Below, piece after piece: positions 57,187 to 64,000 of a DNA stretch of 64,000 nt; the stretch's first letter is position 1, and every line of letters starts with the position of its first letter. Source of the DNA: a virus; the IMG/VR virus record IMGVR_UViG_3300046820_000975, positions 1-64,000 of that record; one strand, 5' to 3'. The notes beneath the pieces are model-generated. The model worked only from the letters and a program-made list of their open reading frames with translations. It was not told the DNA's origin and made no database searches. Position numbers and translations under genes: made by a program.

Positions 57187-57782
57187 TGGAACAGTCAAGC
57201 AATGGCAATATGCTAAAACGTACATTAGCGACTCCTGTTAAAAGCACTGCACCAACAGTTGCTCCTGGAGTTAAAGCACCATCAATAAAAGGTAAAAACA
57301 TTTTATTATCTGATGAGTGCGTATCTTATCTTAACTATCGCATTGAACAAGAAGAGTATTCTTCAAGAATATATCTTGCAATGTCTATGTGGTTAAACAA
57401 CAATGGTTACACTAATGCTGCTGCATTGTGGAAAAAATATTCAAATGAAGAATTAGCACATGCTGATTGGGCGCGTGAATATTTGTTAGCAATGGGTGTA
57501 CAACCAATGACTCCAAGATTGGATGCTCCAATTCAAGAGTTTTCTGGTTTACCACAAATCATCCATGATTCTTACGATCATGAGATTGTTGTAACTAAAC
57601 AAGTTAAAGATCTAGCTACTGATGCTTTTAAGAAAGGTGATCACATGTTATATGAGTTAACCTTGAAATACTTGAAAGAACAAGTAGAAGAGCATGACAA
57701 AATGCAGAACTGGGTTGATCAATTAAATGCTTTTGGTACTGACAAAGTAGCATTACGTTTACTTGACAATGAAATGGGATAA
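57186..57782 (+). CDS. Ferritin-like protein
   Basis: Ferroxidase-type EEYSSRIYLAMS, EELAHA, DHE, EQVEE motifs. Confidence 0.88.
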   Translation: MEQSSNGNMLKRTLATPVKSTAPTVAPGVKAPSIKGKNILLSDECVSYLNYRIEQEEYSSRIYLAMSMWLNNNGYTNAAALWKKYSNEELAHADWAREYLLAMGVQPMTPRLDAPIQEFSGLPQIIHDSYDHEIVVTKQVKDLATDAFKKGDHMLYELTLKYLKEQVEEHDKMQNWVDQLNAFGTDKVALRLLDNEMG

Positions 57783-57798
57783 TAATTTTTAGTAAATC

Positions 57799-57835
57799 TT
57801 TGAAGTTTAAAAACAGAATTGTATATTATATATGA
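57799..57835 (+). promoter_or_regulatory. Putative late promoter
   Basis: TTTG upstream of GTATATTATATATGA. Confidence 0.5.
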
Positions 57836-57885
57836 GTTCTGTTACTCACAAAATATTTTTTTATAAACCCAAAATCTAAATTAAA

Positions 57886-59601
57886 ATGGCTTATTTTCCT
57901 CACGCGTACCAGAAGATGCTGGTAACAAAAGATGGCACCGATGCTTCAGGCTTCATCGTAGGTGCAGGTACAGCTACATCTGCTTTGACTTATGGTCAGT
58001 TGGCACTTGTTAGCGCTACCACTAACACAAGCTTGGCTTTGTCTTCAGGTACTTCTTACACAGGTTCACCATTGGTGTACTTGGCACAAGGTAGCTACCA
58101 CTCAGTAGACAAAATTGGACCTTATCATGGAGGTTACAAAGAAACTGTTAAATCTAAGGGTATCAATCCTAAGTATGTTAGCGCTTTCTACGTTACACAA
58201 CCAACTAGTCCAGTGAACGAAGTAATGAACATTAGTTACACTTACTCTAGTTCATGTCCAGTTGTTTGTAACAAAACGTATCGTTTGCGTCTTGACATCA
58301 AGGGTTCTCCTGCTCTTCGTTTCTTGACACACAATGCTTACTTTACATTGGATGCTAACTCTGGTTGTTGCGATTCTTCAAACAGTGCAATTGATCCAAA
58401 TTATGTAATGTTACAATGGGCAGAACGTATTGCTACTTACAACACTTTGAAAGACTTTGTAATGCCAATCGTTTGGAGTCGTGTTAAAGTATCTGGTACA
58501 GCTGCTACTGCTTCTGCTACTGCTGCTTCTGCATTGACTATGACTCGCGATGGTATCTATGCTGGTGATAAAGTTATCTTTACTCCAACTACTGCTACTT
58601 CAGCTACAAGTTCAACAATTGCTGGTAACACTTTCACAGTTGGTACTGCTACTAACACTGTATTCTCTGTAGGTCAAACTATCACAGGTACTGGTGTTGC
58701 TGCTGGAACTGTTATTACTGCATTAGTTTCTGGTGGTGGTGGAACAGGTTCTGTATTCACAGTTAACATTGCACAGACTGTTTCTTCAACAACTATTTCT
58801 TCTACATCTCCTGTTACTGCTTTTGTAAGTTCTTCTTACACAAATACAACTGGTTCTGGTGCTGTTGCTTTAGTTGCTGCTACTAACTTGTACACTCCAA
58901 GTGCTACAACAATTAGTGCATTTACAACTACTACAATCACTCCTGCTGTTTACCACAAAGTAAACACTTCTTTGGTTAATGGTACTTATTTGTATGATGC
59001 TACTTTGAACCCTTCTGGTTACCAACCAATCACTGGTTCTGCTGTTGCAACTGCAAATCCTGAATCATTTATGGAATTAGTAACTGCTTATGTTGAAACA
59101 CAATTTGGTAATGCTTCTTTTTACCCAACTGACCACTTTGAATTACAACCTTTAGAACTTTATGCTTCTATGTTAGACAGTGAAGGTAACGTTTGTGTTA
59201 CTTCATGTTTTGTTCCTACAGAAAAACAACAAAGTTTGCAAGGTCGTGGTTTTGGTGAACCATTAGTTCGTGAATTGATTCTTGCTAAACGCTACCAACA
59301 AGAACCATTCCAATTGGATCCACGTTTACGTGAAGTATTGAACGATACTACATTGTCTTATGTTGATGCAGCTGGTAACATTGTTAACGGTGAGATTAGT
59401 CGTGCAGCTAAATACTATGTATATAACATTTTACACAGTGTTCCTCGCAAAGCTAACCCAAGTGGTACAATGGATAGTGATCAATATCTTATCAAGATTG
59501 TTACTCCTGCTCGTAACACTGCGTTTGAGCAAGGTTTCATCAAGATGTTGAATGACTTTGGTAACTACGATTGCGGTACTGCTATCACAGTAACTGTTTA
59601 A
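57886..59601 (+). CDS. Abundant virion structural protein with T/S/A/G-rich insert
   Basis: Own promoter and terminator, codon bias like the capsid gene. Confidence 0.6.
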   Translation: MAYFPHAYQKMLVTKDGTDASGFIVGAGTATSALTYGQLALVSATTNTSLALSSGTSYTGSPLVYLAQGSYHSVDKIGPYHGGYKETVKSKGINPKYVSAFYVTQPTSPVNEVMNISYTYSSSCPVVCNKTYRLRLDIKGSPALRFLTHNAYFTLDANSGCCDSSNSAIDPNYVMLQWAERIATYNTLKDFVMPIVWSRVKVSGTAATASATAASALTMTRDGIYAGDKVIFTPTTATSATSSTIAGNTFTVGTATNTVFSVGQTITGTGVAAGTVITALVSGGGGTGSVFTVNIAQTVSSTTISSTSPVTAFVSSSYTNTTGSGAVALVAATNLYTPSATTISAFTTTTITPAVYHKVNTSLVNGTYLYDATLNPSGYQPITGSAVATANPESFMELVTAYVETQFGNASFYPTDHFELQPLELYASMLDSEGNVCVTSCFVPTEKQQSLQGRGFGEPLVRELILAKRYQQEPFQLDPRLREVLNDTTLSYVDAAGNIVNGEISRAAKYYVYNILHSVPRKANPSGTMDSDQYLIKIVTPARNTAFEQGFIKMLNDFGNYDCGTAITVTV

Positions 59602-59619
59602 TCATAAACTTTAACAAAT

Positions 59620-59653
59620 AAAAGGAGGAAGAGGAAACTCTCCTCCTTTTTTT
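59620..59653 (+). terminator. Intrinsic terminator
   Basis: AAAGGAGGA...TCCTCCTTT stem followed by a T tract. Confidence 0.82.
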
Positions 59654-59706
59654 GTTTTTGTCTGTAATTTTTTGTATTTTTTTAGTAGAGGATAATTTAC
59701 ATCAAA

Positions 59707-60264
59707 ATGGCACTTAAACATCATTTAGCATTAGACATACCAGATACAGCATGTGATAACATATTGCGTATTGTAGACGCATCTGTTTATGCTACTGGAT
59801 TAGACGTAGATTGTCCAAGATTGGATATTACGCTACCTGGATTTACCATACCAGTTTATGTTACTACATTTGTTCCAGGTGAATCTATCAATTTAAATGC
59901 AATTGATTTAGGACTTATCCCTGTAAACTCACCAGAAATTATGAGTTTACCTGATGGTTTGTATACTATCAGATATAGTGTTTCACCTAATGATAAAGTA
60001 TATGTAGAATACTATCACTTACGTGTAACAAAACTTTTGAATACATACTGGAAAGAAGTATGTAAAGTACAATTAGCTCCATGCGAACCTTCTGTTGAAC
60101 AACATGAAAAGTTACATGACTTGCGTTATATCAAAATGTACATTGATGGAGCAAAAGCAAAAACTGAATACTGTCATTCACCTAAAGATGGTGTTAACAT
60201 GTATCTTTATGCTAAAAATTTACTAAGTAAATTCCAATCAGGTTGTTGCATAACCTGTAAATAA
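59707..60264 (+). CDS. Structural protein
   Basis: LPDGLYTIRYSV motif; Cys-rich. Confidence 0.6.
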   Translation: MALKHHLALDIPDTACDNILRIVDASVYATGLDVDCPRLDITLPGFTIPVYVTTFVPGESINLNAIDLGLIPVNSPEIMSLPDGLYTIRYSVSPNDKVYVEYYHLRVTKLLNTYWKEVCKVQLAPCEPSVEQHEKLHDLRYIKMYIDGAKAKTEYCHSPKDGVNMYLYAKNLLSKFQSGCCITCK

Positions 60265-60284
60265 TAACTCTAAAACCAACAAAT

Positions 60285-60440
60285 ATGAGTACTTGTCAAA
60301 ATTGCAATGCAGCATTAACATGCGGATGTCAAATCAGAACAGCTTCAAATGGTAAAAATGTATGTAGTTCATGCATACAATCTTACGAAGCTCAAATTGC
60401 TCAAGCTAAATTAAATCAAACAAACTTATCACAAGGATGA
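60285..60440 (+). CDS. 51 aa Cys-rich protein, not in ORF track
   Basis: Manual translation MSTCQNCNAALTCGCQ...VCSSC...; ATGA overlap with the next gene. Confidence 0.7.
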   Translation: MSTCQNCNAALTCGCQIRTASNGKNVCSSCIQSYEAQIAQAKLNQTNLSQG

Positions 60441-60670
60441 TGGAAACACCTATAGTTCATATTAACAGATTGTTTGCTGATACAGTTTTTCAAGAAGTGC
60501 GTAAAAAACGCTTTGGGTTAAAAATTTGTAAAGCACATGTTGATATGGATCTTGCAGATGATTTAAGAAACATTTATACAAGACAATTAGAATTAATTGA
60601 CTGTGGATGTAATCCAAATTTATCTTCTTGTGAAAGAGTAAAAGTTGAAGAACGCATTAATACATTATAA
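60437..60670 (+). CDS. Small Cys-containing protein
   Basis: Translationally coupled on both sides. Confidence 0.6.
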   Translation: MMETPIVHINRLFADTVFQEVRKKRFGLKICKAHVDMDLADDLRNIYTRQLELIDCGCNPNLSSCERVKVEERINTL

Positions 60671-62220
60671 TGGAACCAATAAATACATCAAATAAAGATA
60701 CGCAAGCTTGTATACCAATCAGTTCTAACTGTGTGGTATGGCAAGGTCCAGATATCCCATGTATTAACTTATGTTCTGGTGATAATATAACTGAGGTTGT
60801 ATATAAACTTGCAACAAAGTTGTGTGAAATGGCTGATCAAGTACTTGATATTACTGCACTTGATTTGACATGTTTAAACCCTAGCACAGGAGTTACAAAC
60901 CAAACTCAACTTATTCAGTTATTAATTAACAAAATTTGTGAAGCATTAAATTGCTGTAACAACAGTGGTGGTATTGTGCCTGGTACTAGTTTTTATGATT
61001 TACCAGTATGTTTACAATATACTGAGAATGATCAAGTAATAACACAATTACCTTTAGACGATTACTTAACGTATTTGGCTACTAATATCTGTGATATAAT
61101 TACAGATATAAATAGTTTAACTACACGTGTTACAACATTGGAAATTGCTGTAGCTGAATTACAAGAAGCAACATATCCAACTGCAGACATATTCATTACT
61201 ACACAGTGTGCAAGTGGTGGAACACCAGGTGTTACAATGGAAATACAAACAGCGTTTGAAAATTTTGAAGAAAAATTTTGTCAATTGCTGGGTTTACTTG
61301 GTTCTACTTCTGCCATAGATACGTTTATTGATGTTGAATGTGCAGGTATTGATACTGCTCCACAGTTAGCTGATCCAGGTAGTTTAATGAATGCATTACC
61401 AGGATGGACAAGTTCTCCATCAACTGTAATGCAAAATCTAACCAACCTATGGTTAGTTGTTTGCGATATGCGAGAAAAGGTTACTACTTGTTGTACAGGA
61501 ACAATTCCTTGTTCTGCTGTACCTGTAAGTAATATTAATACAATTGTAGATGGAGTAAACAATACATTTACATGGACACCACCAGCATTAATTGTTGGCG
61601 CTCCTACACCTACATCATTATTACTTGAAATATTTAGATACACATCTGGTTCTGTTGTAACTCCTAGTGTGTATAATCAAACTTTTGCAGGAACAGCTGT
61701 TACATCAGGATCAATAAATGTAAGTGGATTTGCAGCATCTTATGATGAGTTATTTTATGTAAAAATAACAGCAATCTATTCTTGCGGTCAAGCTGAAGCA
61801 TTTAACATTTTACATTTAGTGAATCCTTCTGTTGCTCCTTGTGTTCGTGTAACTGATAATGTTGTAACATCTTCAACTTCAATTACTTGTAGCGGATCTA
61901 ACTATCCTGCAACACAACGTAACATTATAGTTGAATTGCGTGATGTAAGTAATAACTTAGTTATCAATACTTCAAGTGCTGCAACTGTACGTGTAATGTT
62001 CAGCTTAGCTTATTCTGGTGGTTCAACAACTACAGAATATGTTGATGTAGTTCTTCCAGTTGGTGTATCAAGCGTAAACTATACTTACTATAGTGCTGGT
62101 ACACAAACTCATTCAGGATCTTGTACAGCATTTACAAGAACTTATCTTGGAGTTAACTCAGCAAGTTCTTCAATTGGTTCTCGTGCATTCTGCTCAGGCA
62201 TAACTTATTATACTCCATAA
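60670..62220 (+). CDS. Cys-rich tail/fibre-like structural protein
   Basis: CVVWQGPDIPC N-terminal motif, short coiled coil, FN3/Ig-like C-terminal half. Confidence 0.55.
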   Translation: MEPINTSNKDTQACIPISSNCVVWQGPDIPCINLCSGDNITEVVYKLATKLCEMADQVLDITALDLTCLNPSTGVTNQTQLIQLLINKICEALNCCNNSGGIVPGTSFYDLPVCLQYTENDQVITQLPLDDYLTYLATNICDIITDINSLTTRVTTLEIAVAELQEATYPTADIFITTQCASGGTPGVTMEIQTAFENFEEKFCQLLGLLGSTSAIDTFIDVECAGIDTAPQLADPGSLMNALPGWTSSPSTVMQNLTNLWLVVCDMREKVTTCCTGTIPCSAVPVSNINTIVDGVNNTFTWTPPALIVGAPTPTSLLLEIFRYTSGSVVTPSVYNQTFAGTAVTSGSINVSGFAASYDELFYVKITAIYSCGQAEAFNILHLVNPSVAPCVRVTDNVVTSSTSITCSGSNYPATQRNIIVELRDVSNNLVINTSSAATVRVMFSLAYSGGSTTTEYVDVVLPVGVSSVNYTYYSAGTQTHSGSCTAFTRTYLGVNSASSSIGSRAFCSGITYYTP

Positions 62221-62240
62221 ACTGATAAATATTTTTTGAG

Positions 62241-63152
62241 ATGTATCCAGAATTAAATAATAACTGCGGATGTCCAGATCCTACAGTACCAGCAGTAGAA
62301 ATACCAGCACCTCCTGTATGTGAAGGTGAACCGTGTCCAGAAGTCATAAACACCACATGTGTTAGATATGATGGTCCTGCTATTGAATGTATTACTACTA
62401 CAGTAAACATGACATTAAATGCTTTGATAATTGCAATTACAGATAAACTGTGTGCATTAGAAGCAGGTGGTAGTACAGGTGAAGGAGCTGTTACAGGCAT
62501 TACATGGGGATGTGTTGTTGAACCAGAAACTACTTCAGTTTCTGATGCAGTACAAATGTTGGTTAATGCAATTAACAATACAATTATCAGATACAATGTA
62601 AATGATTTCACTGTAGTTGATGATGATGATTGTTCTGCGCGCACATTAACAATTAAAAAAGGCGTTTGGACACAAATTGCAAACAATGATATCCTTTGGT
62701 ATAATGGATTTAGTGCAGCTACTCCAATTTATTATTTGTTAGATGCAGATGGAGTGATCCATTTAAAAGGTACATTGAGCAAATCAACTGTAATGGTTAT
62801 GTCTTCAGCTACTTATTCAAGTGGTGTAGGTATTAAAATTGCTGAATTACCAGGGTATTTATTACCAGTTGCTGAAAGAAATACTAATACTCCATCAGCA
62901 ATAAATGATTTTCCAATTTTAACTGTACCTGGATTTAACAATACATGTATTTATTCTACAGCTGGTCCTGTTAATCCTAACTATGCTTTACAATGGACTT
63001 TATCATGCAGTAAAACTGTTAGTGGAAGTAACTACTATTTTGCTATTAACGCATATGTTCCTTATGGTGCAACTGTAAATGGTGGAGGTAATGTAAATGG
63101 TGCAACAAATGTTAGCATGTACTTACATCCTGTAAAATACACAAGTTTATAA
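62241..63152 (+). CDS. Cys-rich tail/fibre-like structural protein
   Basis: CVRYDGPAIEC motif; GVIHLKG...IAELPGYLLP baseplate/fibre-like domain. Confidence 0.55.
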   Translation: MYPELNNNCGCPDPTVPAVEIPAPPVCEGEPCPEVINTTCVRYDGPAIECITTTVNMTLNALIIAITDKLCALEAGGSTGEGAVTGITWGCVVEPETTSVSDAVQMLVNAINNTIIRYNVNDFTVVDDDDCSARTLTIKKGVWTQIANNDILWYNGFSAATPIYYLLDADGVIHLKGTLSKSTVMVMSSATYSSGVGIKIAELPGYLLPVAERNTNTPSAINDFPILTVPGFNNTCIYSTAGPVNPNYALQWTLSCSKTVSGSNYYFAINAYVPYGATVNGGGNVNGATNVSMYLHPVKYTSL

Positions 63153-63197
63153 AAGTAATCATTCGTCAGGTTTGTTGGTTTTTTCCTGAAAGATGAT

Positions 63198-63229
63198 GCC
63201 CCTAGGTAAAACTGGGGGCAACTTTTTTT
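63198..63229 (+). terminator. Intrinsic terminator
   Basis: GCCCCTAG-GTAAAA-CTGGGGGC stem followed by a T tract. Confidence 0.8.
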
Positions 63230-63235
63230 GCAGAA

Positions 63236-63267
63236 TTTGCTATTTGTATATAAAACCATTATATTTG
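63236..63267 (+). promoter_or_regulatory. Canonical Bacteroidota sigma70 promoter
   Basis: TTTG-N20-TATATTTG. Confidence 0.72.
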
Positions 63268-63296
63268 TTAGACTCATGTCTTAGAAAACCATTCTT

Positions 63297-64000
63297 ATGA
63301 CCATTATATCAGCTGTTTACAACAGTCTTAAACGCAAAAAATCTGCAGAATCTGAAGCTAGCAGATTAGGAATCTCCCTCCCTCAGTACCTTAAAGTTAA
63401 AGATGCATTGTTAAAAGTTATCCACAAGGTGGGTTCTAAAGTAGACAATGTTATAATTACTTTGGCTGAGCAAGAACTTAGCAAATCTTATTCTGTAAAA
63501 ACAGAAAAAGAATTATTAAAAGCTCTCACAGAGAAATTACCTGAAACTGAATCTGCAAAGTACTTTGAAGTACATGAAGATCTTGAATCTGGTACAAGTA
63601 AAATTTCAGCAATTTCTTCTACTGAACCTAAAAGTGCAGAAGAGATTATTAAACTTCTTAAGATTGATACTTCTAAATGGAAGTTAAGTCAATACTGGAA
63701 TAAAGAGAAATCTGATAAGTGGTTGGTATCTGCATTGGTAACTAAACGTCCAGAAGCAGAACAGATCCAAAGTACATTTTTGGATTTATTACAAAATTAT
63801 GAATTAGCACAACCTGCTGCACCAGAATTTTACTATTTAAACTCAGGGGTATCAGAAGAAGTTTGTGCAGTAATCTCATTGCAAGATCTTCACTTTGGTA
63901 AAACTGGTAATGAAGATTTAGAAATCCACGTAGAAAACGCTATAAAGTACCTTATTGGTAAAGCACATGTTAATTATACACTACAAAAAGTAGTTTTAGT
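63297..64000 (+). CDS. Metallophosphoesterase/nuclease, 3'-truncated by window edge
   Basis: Manual translation MTIISAVY...VISLQDLHFGK (DxH motif); reads open towards the window end. Confidence 0.65.
   Translation, partial: MTIISAVYNSLKRKKSAESEASRLGISLPQYLKVKDALLKVIHKVGSKVDNVIITLAEQELSKSYSVKTEKELLKALTEKLPETESAKYFEVHEDLESGTSKISAISSTEPKSAEEIIKLLKIDTSKWKLSQYWNKEKSDKWLVSALVTKRPEAEQIQSTFLDLLQNYELAQPAAPEFYYLNSGVSEEVCAVISLQDLHFGKTGNEDLEIHVENAIKYLIGKAHVNYTLQKVVL

Noticed and set aside
1294-63277. Many short antisense or nested ORFs in the track (e.g. 1294..1689, 33149..33478, 52273..52629, 62153..62686)
   Set aside because: They are shadows of well-supported genes on the opposite strand or frame, with no motifs or leaders.
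1-64000. Stop-codon reassignment (TAG or TGA), known in some crAss-like phages
   Set aside because: PolB, TerL, portal and capsid ORFs are intact in code 11, TAG and TGA end genes at sensible positions, and no suppressor tRNA was seen.

Overview
The window is about 64 kb of a crAss-like (Crassvirales-type) dsDNA phage, probably infecting Bacteroidota, since canonical TTTG-N19/20-TAnnTTTG promoters are present. It appears to use the standard genetic code. Layout: (i) end of a tail-fibre-like gene, class II RNR (nrdJ) and a plus-strand lysis cassette (1-7.1 kb); (ii) a long minus-strand replication and nucleotide-metabolism arm with PolB, PD-(D/E)xK and GIY-YIG nucleases, primase, Sak4-like ATPase, DnaB, UNG, SF2 helicase, SplB-like radical SAM, ThyX, dUTPase, vWA plus MoxR AAA and a glucosaminidase (7-37 kb); (iii) a presumptive early region (37.6-42.2 kb); (iv) a GC-rich non-coding stretch that may be the genome end, then phoH; (v) a plus-strand morphogenesis arm with GroES-like, tRNA-Met, HU/IHF-like, TerL, portal, scaffold, major capsid, ferritin and Cys-rich structural genes (43.5-64 kb). 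The most striking unexplained structure is region (iii). It is built from nine modular cassettes, typically [hairpin or pseudoknot]-CCAAACACCC-N7-CTAA-[payload] on the minus strand. One payload is a ~470 nt highly structured non-coding RNA rather than a gene. Other non-coding signals are a degenerate tRNA-like element, a structured RNA after the capsid gene, and a terminal hairpin whose loop is antisense to the AAACCAAC leader motif of several genes. All calls come from reading the sequence and recognising motifs; no database search or folding program was run.
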